Shown here piece after piece: positions 10,069 to 19,347 of a stretch of DNA of 64,000 nt (position 1 is its first letter; every line of letters begins with the position of its first letter). A program made the translations under genes and the position numbers. The stretch comes from a bacterium (lineage in GTDB: Bacteria; SM23-31): the NCBI GenBank assembly GCA_965249485.1, contig OZ252239.1:2912001-2976000 (forward strand), read 5' to 3'. The notes beneath the pieces were generated by a model, which saw nothing but the letters and a program-made list of their open reading frames with translations, was not told where the DNA came from and made no database searches.

Positions 10069-11163
10069 TTAAAGAATTCTTAGAGCTGCACGCAATGCCC
10101 CATTCGCTTTAAGAGCCTGAAATATACTTATAAGATCTCTCGGTGTTACTTGAAGCGCATTTAATGCTGCAGCAAGATCAGCAACAGTGCTGCCTGTCTG
10201 CTCGTCAAGATAAACTGCCGCTCCCTGAACAGGTGCCTGACCTGCAGGTGCGCCCGCCGCCGGTCTGATCTGAATCGTCAGATCTCCGTGTGCGATCATT
10301 ACTGGCAACAGTGAAACATCATTTCCCGAAACAACGGTCCCTGTACGCTCATTTATAACAACGACAGCAGGTACATCGGACATTACTCTCAATTGTTCAA
10401 TAATGGAAATAAACTCCACTTCATTCACATCGGATGCCTGCTGGCCCGGTTGGGGCACAATCTTAACATTTACTGTTCCTGGGTCGATCACTTCAGCAGT
10501 ATTGGCTCCCACAGCATTATTAACTGCCTGGGCAATCCTATGGGCTGTAGTAAAATCGGGTTGACTCAGAATAAGGACAATCTGACTTTCTGATGAAAAT
10601 GAAGATTCGATGTCATTAAGAATAGTAGCTCCATTGACAATGCGCCCCGTGGCAGTGAAATTTTGTGTTGCAGCACCGGCGACATTAAGTCCCCCGATTG
10701 AAATAGGGCCGGTGGCAATAGCTATCGGTTGTTCTGTCTCAGGATCTATCAAAACTGTCGGTGTCAGAACTCCTCCTGCAAGACTCGTTGCATCTCCAAT
10801 AGATGATACTATAACATCAATTGTCGAGCTTCTTTTTACAAACGGTGGAAGCGTAGCATTTACCGTTACCAGTGCAGAATTTCTTGTCCGTATTGCTCCC
10901 GCATCAACCGTAATATTAAAATTTCTTAAATAGTTTGCTATGGTTTGCGGAGTAAATATTGCCTGCGTTCCGTCTCCGGTACCTGCCAGGCCGGTTATTA
11001 ATCCGGGACCTGTCAAGAGTTTACTTGACAACCCTTTTATTATAGAAATGTCTTTAATTCTGGATTGACCAAACAATGATCCTGACCACACCAATAGAAG
11101 CATGGTTACAATTATAAGTGACTTTATCTTGTGCTGCTGATTTAGCATCCTACCATTCATCAT
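10069..11163 (-). CDS. flgI: Flagellar P-ring protein
   Basis: Signal peptide, RIKDI, GLAGTGD, VSSIGDATSLAGG, VVINERTGTVV, LQVTPRDLISIFQALKANGAL. Confidence 0.96.
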   Translation of the reverse strand: MMNGRMLNQQHKIKSLIIVTMLLLVWSGSLFGQSRIKDISIIKGLSSKLLTGPGLITGLAGTGDGTQAIFTPQTIANYLRNFNITVDAGAIRTRNSALVTVNATLPPFVKRSSTIDVIVSSIGDATSLAGGVLTPTVLIDPETEQPIAIATGPISIGGLNVAGAATQNFTATGRIVNGATILNDIESSFSSESQIVLILSQPDFTTAHRIAQAVNNAVGANTAEVIDPGTVNVKIVPQPGQQASDVNEVEFISIIEQLRVMSDVPAVVVINERTGTVVSGNDVSLLPVMIAHGDLTIQIRPAAGAPAGQAPVQGAAVYLDEQTGSTVADLAAALNALQVTPRDLISIFQALKANGALRAALRIL

Positions 11164-11245
11164 ATGTATCCTTACATCTTTTAATTGTTACTTCTTATTA
11201 TTAAAATTATTTTTATATTCAGTATGACTCTGTTAGATTATTGCA

Positions 11246-11848
11246 TTAAAATATCCAATTGACTATTCGGGTAAAAAGACCTGGTCTGTGTGCTTGCGTT
11301 GTAACACCTGTCCCTTCATGAAATATTCTGGCATCAGCAATAAGTGTAGAGTTAATTGTATTATTTCTTGATATGTCTTCCGGTCTAATAATTCCCTCAA
11401 CTATTGTCACAACTTTTTCACCATTTGTTTCAACTTCTCTGCTCCCTCTGATGAGAAAATTACCGTCTTCCTTCACTTCGATAATGAGCGCTGTTACCTG
11501 GGCAGTAAACTGCCCTTGAGTAGATACCTGACCACTTCCCTGAAACTGATTTGAGGACTCCGAAGAAATCGAGCCGGTCAGTCCGTTGAGAAAACTGTTC
11601 CCAAAATTAGCCTGGGCTTCCAGGGTATTCTGCTTATTTGTTTGAGTATTATTTGAATTTGATGCCTGTGCATTTTCGTTGACCAGAATAGTAATTACGT
11701 CACCGATCCGTTTTGCCCGAACATCGCCAATTAACCCACCCTTGCTAAGTCTTGCGCCGATTATGCTTTCTTGCGCAATTGCTCCACCGGCGAATACCAG
11801 GGTAGCAGTAACTATGAGTGTTAATACCTTAATGATACGGTACTTCAT
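11246..11848 (-). CDS. flgH: Flagellar L-ring protein
   Basis: D-x-RA-x-x-IGDVITILVNE, G-x-IRPEDI-x-x-x-NTINS-x-x-IADARI, C-terminal PGLFTRIVNWIF; between flgA and flgI. Confidence 0.92.
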   Translation of the reverse strand: MKYRIIKVLTLIVTATLVFAGGAIAQESIIGARLSKGGLIGDVRAKRIGDVITILVNENAQASNSNNTQTNKQNTLEAQANFGNSFLNGLTGSISSESSNQFQGSGQVSTQGQFTAQVTALIIEVKEDGNFLIRGSREVETNGEKVVTIVEGIIRPEDISRNNTINSTLIADARIFHEGTGVTTQAHRPGLFTRIVNWIF

Positions 11849-11875
11849 GAATATTTCCTTTCAATCAGAGATGTA

Positions 11876-12858
11876 CTACTGAACAATAATTTTCGATTCG
11901 CTTACAACAGTTACATATAACAATTGATTTCTATTTGTTCTCTTTATTGGTATAGTATCTCCTGCACGAGCATCTTTTTGTGCAACACCTTTACACAATA
12001 TTACAATGCCACCCCGCTCAATCTCTACATCAATCGATTCTCCACGCCTCACAAGCACTGGTTCGACAACGTCCTGCAATTTGACCGGCTTTCCTGTCTG
12101 GATCGGAATTCTCGATTCCATTCCGACAATCAGCGCTTTATCGGCAACAAGATCGTTGTTAAAATTTGTGGATTCGTCTGTAATAATTACAATATCGTCT
12201 TCAGTAAGCAATTCACCCCGTTTTATGTCCCGCGCAGCAACAATAAAGGATTCAAATGTTTTGATCCGAATCTGTACCGGTACCGATTGGGTGAGTCTAT
12301 CACCGTTATAAATCCCCACGTAGAGAGAAAAACTCCCTTTTAACCGTCCGACTCCCAAAGGACGCGCTTTTATTGACAAGTCTTTTCGCGCAGCCGCTCT
12401 TGGTGGAGGAATCCGGACAAATTCGATACTTTTTTTTATTTCTCGTGTATTATCAATACTTTCAATATATTCCCCCGTGCAGCTTCAACAATTCGTTCTC
12501 CTGCAATCATTACCGTGTCAAGATACACTACAACTTTTGCTGCACCCCCAATTGCAATTTCAGTCATCTGGATGCGGTTTTCCTTGAGTTTATATTCAAT
12601 GAGCTGCCCGGTCAGTTGTATCGGAGTAATCCGGTAAAGGAGCGGCGCTGAGATTGACATTTTTGATACGCTCAATAAAATCGGCAAGCCCCCCCGAAAT
12701 TACTCTACTTCGCCGAGTTTAACCGTCGGTCCCTGAACAATCGCTTCTTCTTTTAGTATTACTTTTGTCTGAGCAAAAGCAAATGTTCCACCTAACCAGA
12801 CCAAATATATATATGATATGATGAGAGAGAGTGATCTTTTGTATCTCAACGCTTTCAT
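11876..12858 (-). CDS. flgA: Flagellar basal-body P-ring formation chaperone, several frameshifts
   Basis: ATG 12858 MKALRYKR... signal peptide, VILKEEAIVQGPTVKLGEV; C-terminal SAF/ChapFlgA part (AARDIKRGELL, PVLVRRGESI, G-x-A-x-x-DARAGDTI) in ORF 11876-12379; the frame is broken several times in 12380-12710. Confidence 0.85.
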
Positions 12859-12876
12859 GCTGCTATAACCTGTCGT

Positions 12877-13665
12877 TTATCTTCGTAATTGATTCGATGT
12901 ATTGAGCATGTCGTCCGCTGCCTGCACAGCTTTTGAATTGGTTTCAAACGCTCTTTGTGCAACGATCATATTGACCATTTCTTCAACCAAATCAACGTTT
13001 GAACCCTCAATGTGCCGTTGCACTATGTTTCCTGCACCGTCAATTCCGGGTACACCTTGAATCGGTGCGCCTGATGCAAACGTCGCTTCAAACAGGTTTT
13101 GTCCTATATTTTTCAAACCTGCTGGATTAATAAACAGAGTAACTTGTAATTGTCCGAGATTCTGAAGCGTTTCCTGACCGAATACCCGGGCATTCACAAC
13201 ACCGTCAGCAGCAATCTCTATATCGAGTGCGCCCTGTGGAATTGTGATCTGTGGTTCGATGTTAAAACCGTCAGATGTAACCAATACACCAAGTTCCGAT
13301 AATTTCAAAGCTCCGTCACGTGTATATGTCTGCCGACCGTCGGGAAGGTTGACCTGTAAAAAGCCGTTCCCATTAATCGCAACATCAAGTGGATTATTCG
13401 TCGCGATCATTTCCCCCTGTGTATATATTTTTTGTGTTGCAACTGGACGGGTTCCTGAACCAACTTGAAGTTCAGTAGGAACAAAACTACCTTGCAAATT
13501 TGAAGATCCGGCAGCCCTGATCGTTTGATACAGCAAATCCTGAAATTCTACTTTGCTCTTTTTGTAACCTGTAGTATTGACATTCGCAAGATTATTCGAA
13601 ACTACGTCAATAAACAATTGCTGAGCAAGCATTCCCGTAGCAGCAGATCGTAATATTCTGCTCAT
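12877..13665 (-). CDS. flgG: Flagellar basal-body rod protein FlgG
   Basis: SNNLANVNTTGYKKSKVEFQDLLYQ, LQVGSGTR, YTRDG, EGSNVDLVEEMVNMIVAQRAFETNSK. Confidence 0.97.
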   Translation of the reverse strand: MSRILRSAATGMLAQQLFIDVVSNNLANVNTTGYKKSKVEFQDLLYQTIRAAGSSNLQGSFVPTELQVGSGTRPVATQKIYTQGEMIATNNPLDVAINGNGFLQVNLPDGRQTYTRDGALKLSELGVLVTSDGFNIEPQITIPQGALDIEIAADGVVNARVFGQETLQNLGQLQVTLFINPAGLKNIGQNLFEATFASGAPIQGVPGIDGAGNIVQRHIEGSNVDLVEEMVNMIVAQRAFETNSKAVQAADDMLNTSNQLRR

Positions 13666-13696
13666 TAAAGCATCCTCCGTTTATTCATTAAAACTG

Positions 13697-14431
13697 TTAT
13701 TGCACTCTACCAACTTCGTTGACTGCCCGGTCGAGTGATTCGTCCTGCATATTGATTGCTTTCTCATTCGTTTCAAATTCACGTGCTGACTGAATCAAAC
13801 TTACCATTTCTTCTATAACTTCTACATTTGATTCTTCAAGTGTTCCCTGCCGTAGTTTGAATTGACTCGTATTCAGAGGAGTAGCTGAACCTGCCTCAGC
13901 TTCGAATAAACCATCGCCTAATTTATTCAATTGATACGGTTTCGGAAAGTCTACAATTTACAATAAGTCTATGGTTACACCATCTACCTGAACTGCACCA
14001 TCATCGCCAATAAATATTGATTGCCCCTGAAGCAGCATTGTACCATTATTGCCCAGTACCTGATATCCATTGCCAGTTATGAGAATACCGTTTTCATCAA
14101 GCTGAAAATTTCCGTTTCGTGTGTACCTCGTTCCGTCAGTCGTCTGAACAACAAAAAAACCATCGCCTTCAAAAGCAGTATCGAGTGGGTTTCCTGTCGG
14201 TGTTAAATTACCTTGTTGATGCATTGTATGGTCCTCATCAACATCTTCAAGTTTTTTGAAATCTGTTGAATTCTGTTGAAGGATCGTGTCATGGTCAACA
14301 AGATGTTTTCTGAAGACACCATCTTTTTTGAAACCCGTGGTGTTGGCATTGGCAAGATTATTAGCCGTGACTTCTTGCTTGAGCTGGAGTGAATTCATAG
14401 CTGCAGCATTGGTGTAAATTCCGCGTAGCAT
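13697..14431 (-). CDS. flgF: Flagellar basal-body rod protein FlgF, with an in-frame TAA at 13958-13960
   Basis: MLRGIY...ANNLANANTTGFKKD, RYTRNGNF; both ORF pieces are in the same frame (IDLL*IVDFPKPYQLNKLGDGLF...LEESNVEVIEEMV). Confidence 0.9.
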
Positions 14432-14464
14432 TGCGTTTCCTTTTAGGTGGTTTATCGAAAAAAT

Positions 14465-14492
14465 TCAAACTGCTTAACTTAGCAGCCGATAC
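14465..14492 (+). promoter_or_regulatory. Putative sigma28 promoter facing the vWA gene and convergent on the flgF sigma54 promoter
   Basis: Plus strand TCAA-N16-GCCGATAC. Confidence 0.55.
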
Positions 14493-14555
14493 TATAAGTG
14501 AGTATTGGTTATATTGAGCATTGTGCATAGTTAATATTTACCGTAGCTTGTCAGG

Positions 14556-14570
14556 GCAATATGCGTGCCA
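14556..14570 (-). promoter_or_regulatory. Sigma54 -24/-12 promoter of the flgFGAHIJ operon
   Basis: Minus strand TGGCAC-GCATA-TTGC, an exact match to TGGCAC-N5-TTGC, about 125 nt upstream of flgF. Confidence 0.85.
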
Positions 14571-14770
14571 TACTACACTTGACAAACGTTTCAGTGTCCT
14601 GTAAGCACTGAAAAATCAAACATTTACCCGGTGCATACTCGACACTAAGGAAAATAGTTATGACCTCTGGATTGAAATCGGAAATTTTTGCCCGTTTTCT
14701 GAAGTGTAGATCATCTATAATGAAAGATTTTTATTGCTCCGCGAATAGAATATACCTAAGTTTATCCACT

Positions 14771-16420
14771 ATGAAACCAAGTATGATTTTCTTGAAACTT
14801 ATTGGTGTCCTTGCATTCCTGCTTTTTATTAATAATCCGGTAATTAGCCAGCAAAACCACACCATTTTAATTGTTCTGGATTCCTCCAAGAGAATGGCGG
14901 AAGACATTGGAGGACTAACTAAATTTGACAAAGCAAAGCAAGTAATCGAAGATTTTATTAATGCGCAGATTCCTGCTCAAATTGGCCTGACCGTTTTTGG
15001 TTCAGACGAAGTAAGCGGATCCGAAGCATATTTTTCTCCCGTATTACCAGCAGATGAAACTGCCAATGTTATTATGAATGAATTGACTTCTTTGGAACCA
15101 GCCGGAATGAGTCCTATTGCATCTGCTCTGGCTTCAGGAAGTCAAGCATTTAATGTCACTAATGCAAATTATATAATTTTGATAACCGACGGTGTAGAGG
15201 ACAGCGGAGGAGGACCTGTTTCAATTACCGAAGCACTTATTGAGCAGGGTTTACTTTACCGACTAGACGTGGTTAGCTTTGCCGAGAATATTGAAGATAA
15301 CAGGTTATTAGATGCACTTGTGCAACGAGGTGGTGGAAACTATTATCCAATTGAAAAATCGGAAGATCTCATCCAAAATTATTTTTCTGAAATCAATGAA
15401 GAAATTAGGAGAAGCTTCTCAGGGATGATCGGATATCGTAGTTTCATCAACGAAGTCAACAGCTTTCCAGCATATGGTATTGAAGTATCACTTTTAAATT
15501 CAACCGGTCAGGAAATTGAGATGCGCAGTTTTTGGAGAGGGATTTTCGAAGACCTCCCCCCCGGAAATTATATGCTTGTTGCCAGACATGGAACAATAGA
15601 GCACTCAGCACCAATTGCAGTAATTCCTGGCGTGCGAAACGACCACAACTTTGTGTTTGATCTTGCATCGGGCGGATTCACTTTTAACCATACAATCAAG
15701 AATACTGTCTGTAGCCGCGCATATGGTACAATTACGCGAGTATACCATTCAAGTGGGGAGATTATTTATACCGGAACTTCCTGGCGAGGCGCAATCGACA
15801 ACTTACCTGAAGGAGCATACCAGGTTGAGGCATATATTGAAGGACTTTCCATTCAAACGAAAGAAGTAATTATTCAACAGGGCACAGATCCTGTAATCAC
15901 ATTCGAATTTGATGTCGGCCGGGGAAGAATATCGTACTTGTGTTTTCTTGATCCGAGCCAAACGAATGTGGCGAACGGTACTGTTATCAAAATGTATCGA
16001 CAGCCTTACAATGAACTCGTACTTGAGCAAACACAGTGGCGTGGGACCACTCCCTATTTACCCGTCGGGCAATACGCTGTGGAAGGAAATTACAAGGGTA
16101 TAATCAGAATGGAAGAAATTGAAATCCATTCTGATTCTACGAGTGCATTGACGTTTACATTTAATATTATACAGGATAGGTTTAGTTATCAGTGTTTCAG
16201 GAATGAATTGCGGAAAACCCCTGCAACAGGAGTGATTTTTCAAGTGATCGATGAAAAAGGTGCAATTATAGAAGAGTCAAATTTTTGGCGCGGATCGTTT
16301 CAGCTTCCTGAGGGGAATTATACACTCAAAGCATTATACCAGGGAGTTACAAAAATTCAAACACTCAATCTGATCGAATCAACTGATCCGATCGTCTCAA
16401 TCATTGATTTTGAGTTGTGA
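14771..16420 (+). CDS. Exported vWA-domain protein with four tandem prealbumin/PEGA-like repeats
   Basis: Signal peptide (…LFINNPVIS|QQ); ILIVLDSSKRM, GMSPIA, IILITDGVEDSGG (vWA); four ~85-aa repeats with WRG...LP-x-G-x-Y. Start at 14771 or 14783 is more likely than 14660. Confidence 0.7.
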   Translation: MKPSMIFLKLIGVLAFLLFINNPVISQQNHTILIVLDSSKRMAEDIGGLTKFDKAKQVIEDFINAQIPAQIGLTVFGSDEVSGSEAYFSPVLPADETANVIMNELTSLEPAGMSPIASALASGSQAFNVTNANYIILITDGVEDSGGGPVSITEALIEQGLLYRLDVVSFAENIEDNRLLDALVQRGGGNYYPIEKSEDLIQNYFSEINEEIRRSFSGMIGYRSFINEVNSFPAYGIEVSLLNSTGQEIEMRSFWRGIFEDLPPGNYMLVARHGTIEHSAPIAVIPGVRNDHNFVFDLASGGFTFNHTIKNTVCSRAYGTITRVYHSSGEIIYTGTSWRGAIDNLPEGAYQVEAYIEGLSIQTKEVIIQQGTDPVITFEFDVGRGRISYLCFLDPSQTNVANGTVIKMYRQPYNELVLEQTQWRGTTPYLPVGQYAVEGNYKGIIRMEEIEIHSDSTSALTFTFNIIQDRFSYQCFRNELRKTPATGVIFQVIDEKGAIIEESNFWRGSFQLPEGNYTLKALYQGVTKIQTLNLIESTDPIVSIIDFEL

Positions 16421-16432
16421 TGATTGGATGCA

Positions 16433-18709
16433 CTACTCGATCACAAGACCCAAATCTTGAAACATGCTGATACGGAGAGCTTCTGCCCAGTTTGATAATA
16501 AGTTCTTTTGCAGATCCGATAAATCCAATCCGGACAGCTGATTCATTTTATTTTCACGTTCTGTCGGAAATATCTTAATCCCTTCACTCCTGCTGCTCGT
16601 GGCAGCTATGTTGTCTACAAAAGCGAGCGTACCTTCAGCTACATTAATCAATTGAATTGCCACTTCTATTTCCATTGTCGTTCTCGGAAGTCCCATGAAA
16701 TATGGAATATAGAGCCCTCTACCTCTCTCCACATTATAATTGACCACTTCCCCGTAAACAACATAATCTACACCAAGCCGTTTACCCATCCTGACCATAT
16801 CGCTCATTACAACCTTTTGATTTTGTTTGAGCCCTTCATTCGACATGACAGCTTGAACGTTGCGCTGCGGAACCAATACAAAATATTCATTGTAGTCAAA
16901 AACCGATCTGAACGATTCAACAAGTGGTTCTCTGATCTTCCCAAGTTCCCGGGTATTAAATTCAAGGACAGCGAGCTTGCTGATCTGAGACAAATATTGT
17001 ATGGCATTACCTCTTTCTACATTATTAAAATTCAGCTCGGCTATCAACTCTTCACCGACATTGTTAATATCAACAGAACGCCGGACTTTTCCATCTTCAC
17101 GTTCGGAAAAGGTAATAATATTATCATCTACCCGGGCACCTTCAGTCTGGGGATTGGTATGAACATAATAGAAAAACCGAAAATCTTCTCTATTTAATCC
17201 GAACCTTCTTTGTATAGAATCGAATCCGGGCGCAAGATTATGTGGAATTGTCGATTCGTCGATACCGTCAGAAAAGACCACAATTCTCTGCAAGTGCTGC
17301 CGGTTATAATCACTGCTCTGATATGTGTCTAATTGCCGGTATGCTTCAAGAAGAGAAGATTCAAATAATTCTCTCCACCTTAATTCAGAGCCGAGCGCAT
17401 CAAGCTCATCGGCTTTCGTATTTATCTCATCGGGAATATCTCTTACCGAATTTTTCACTTCTTCTTTTTTTGCCGCATCTAATGACTGCCAGGAAAGAGT
17501 ATTGATTTCATTATTAAACGATATCAACGACACATTTGATCTGTCCGAAATACTATCAATAAGAACCTGAACAAATTCAGTTATACCCTGTAAAACCTCT
17601 TCACCAGTCCGTCCTTCCCCTATTCCCCTACCGATCATTGATGGCGTTCCATCGATAATAAACACGGTATCTTTAATTGGGGGACGCGGAAGAGAATAGA
17701 GAACTCCCTCTCTACTGATAAATGGCTTCCTTCCTGGTTCGAGTGCCGGTTCTTCTAGAGGATTAACAGGTGGCGCTGCAGCAACCCTTCGTTGCCGTCC
17801 AATAATGCTGTTCATGCGTACATCAAAAAAGATACCCGTACCGGGCCGCTTACTCCCCAAAGGAATATCTGCTCCGAGCTTTAGTTGCATGCCCGGTCTT
17901 TCATAAAATTTAATTCCTACCGCAATATTTCCAAGACTGCGTCCATCACCCTGCTGGGTCAGAATATTCTGAGAATAATATTCACCAAATAAATTTGTCC
18001 CGAAGAAAAAATTTCTGCCCAATCCAAAGCCAACATGGAATTGGCTTGATTGTATTAATTCATCTGTTGGCGAAACACCGTAAACACCATTTAAGACATT
18101 ATACCAAAATGTACTGTCCGGTTCTGTTATTTCTGAAACTCTGCTGCCTCCGTGAAAATATCCGGCATTTATTTTTGCAATCCAATTACTCCAGTTAAAA
18201 TCCACATAGAGGTTTGAACCAAAACTGCTTTTATAGGAAGTAAATGCGCGAATCAAACGCTGGCCCTCATCAAAACCAGCTGGAAACGAGTAATATGTTT
18301 CTGCCGACCAGTTGAATTCCGCTTCTTCGACGTTGGGTGATGCATAACGCAATCCAACTCGCATATCTCCTGCACCATATTTATACGTGCCGGGGAGCTG
18401 GTCCATAAAGGACATTCCGCTTATTCCAAACTCCCAGTTCTCATTTATCCCATACCGGAGCGACCACTGCAAATCAGCAAGCGCACTTGATCCTCTAAAG
18501 GTAAGGGTATCGATACCCGAGGGTATCCTGAACACCTCATTTGTCGTATGATATGCTGTGGTTAAGCGAAAATCAAACGCTCTGCGTTGCGCAAGGAGAG
18601 CCGATCTGACTCTATAAAAATCATCACCACCCATCTGCTGTGCAAACACCGATCCGAATACAATCAAATTGATTGCTAAAGATAAACCCAAAAATTGTAT
18701 TTTTTTCAT
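16433..18709 (-). CDS. Exported multidomain protein: putative outer-membrane beta-barrel + vWA + CsgG/HfaB/TolB-N-like domain
   Basis: Signal peptide (…SVFA|QQ); amphipathic aromatic-rich strands (SLRYGINENWEFG, GAGDMRVGLRY, AKINAGYFH, TNLFGEYY); DTVFIIDGTPSM…RIVVFSDGIDES; LAVLEFN…MGKRLGVDYVVYGEV…IQLINVAEG. Confidence 0.6.
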   Translation of the reverse strand: MKKIQFLGLSLAINLIVFGSVFAQQMGGDDFYRVRSALLAQRRAFDFRLTTAYHTTNEVFRIPSGIDTLTFRGSSALADLQWSLRYGINENWEFGISGMSFMDQLPGTYKYGAGDMRVGLRYASPNVEEAEFNWSAETYYSFPAGFDEGQRLIRAFTSYKSSFGSNLYVDFNWSNWIAKINAGYFHGGSRVSEITEPDSTFWYNVLNGVYGVSPTDELIQSSQFHVGFGLGRNFFFGTNLFGEYYSQNILTQQGDGRSLGNIAVGIKFYERPGMQLKLGADIPLGSKRPGTGIFFDVRMNSIIGRQRRVAAAPPVNPLEEPALEPGRKPFISREGVLYSLPRPPIKDTVFIIDGTPSMIGRGIGEGRTGEEVLQGITEFVQVLIDSISDRSNVSLISFNNEINTLSWQSLDAAKKEEVKNSVRDIPDEINTKADELDALGSELRWRELFESSLLEAYRQLDTYQSSDYNRQHLQRIVVFSDGIDESTIPHNLAPGFDSIQRRFGLNREDFRFFYYVHTNPQTEGARVDDNIITFSEREDGKVRRSVDINNVGEELIAELNFNNVERGNAIQYLSQISKLAVLEFNTRELGKIREPLVESFRSVFDYNEYFVLVPQRNVQAVMSNEGLKQNQKVVMSDMVRMGKRLGVDYVVYGEVVNYNVERGRGLYIPYFMGLPRTTMEIEVAIQLINVAEGTLAFVDNIAATSSRSEGIKIFPTERENKMNQLSGLDLSDLQKNLLSNWAEALRISMFQDLGLVIE

Positions 18710-19338
18710 ATTCTTTCCAAAGCTTCTAATAAACTTATTAAATAGTTTTCTGATTCTTTATTAAAATCAGGATTGGAATCGAAAAATTTAATATACTGAT
18801 CGAATGCCATTTCAAAATCGCTTGAATAATAATAAGATAATGCTAATATTTTACGTGCCAATTTTGCCGTGACAGAATTATCATGTTCAAATATATAGTC
18901 AGTACCCTGAAAATCAAAACTTAAAGAGTCCACACGGATTATAGTTGTGAGAGAAGTAATGGATATTTCATAATCATTTTCCTCAAATGCTGCAATCCCA
19001 TTCCCAACCATAGCATCGGTAAAGCTTGAGTCTGAACCAATGGCAGAAGCAAAACTAAACAAAGAGTTGTTTAGATCGTGTGCATGAAAATAGGACCATC
19101 CAAGCCCGTTAAATGTGTCTACAATAGCATTATCGGCATTCCTGGCCTCATTAAAACGTTCAATAGCCTTCTGAAAACGGTCATTTTCGAATTCAATCCA
19201 AGCTTGATCGATAAGTTCCTGTGCTTTGACTTTATCTGCCGGAGGTGGATTGACTCCAAAATTCGACCCACCACAGGAGAGTGTAATTAGCACGAAGAAA
19301 ATAAGTTTTCTCATTGTATCATTCATTGTATCATTCAT
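18706..19338 (-). CDS. TPR-containing lipoprotein
   Basis: MRKLIFFVLITLSC lipobox-like motif; TPR helices (AWIEFENDRFQKAIERF, TFNGLGWSYF, AMVGNGIAAF); 4-nt overlap with the downstream gene. Confidence 0.75.
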   Translation of the reverse strand: MNDTMNDTMRKLIFFVLITLSCGGSNFGVNPPPADKVKAQELIDQAWIEFENDRFQKAIERFNEARNADNAIVDTFNGLGWSYFHAHDLNNSLFSFASAIGSDSSFTDAMVGNGIAAFEENDYEISITSLTTIIRVDSLSFDFQGTDYIFEHDNSVTAKLARKILALSYYYSSDFEMAFDQYIKFFDSNPDFNKESENYLISLLEALERI

Positions 19339-19347
19339 TGTATCATT
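19312..19347. repeat. Perfect 12-bp tandem repeat x3 (CATTGTATCATT)
   Basis: Copies at 19312, 19324 and 19336; on the minus strand AATGATACAATG x3 gives the MNDTMNDTM N-terminus and includes the upstream gene's TGA. Confidence 0.9.

Noticed and set aside
14589..14613. Inverted repeat TTTCAGTG-N9-CACTGAAA (and CTTGATTG-N6-CAATCAAG at 23396-23417) as the shared activator site
   Set aside because: The two palindromes do not resemble each other and do not recur at the other sigma54 promoters; function cannot be assigned.
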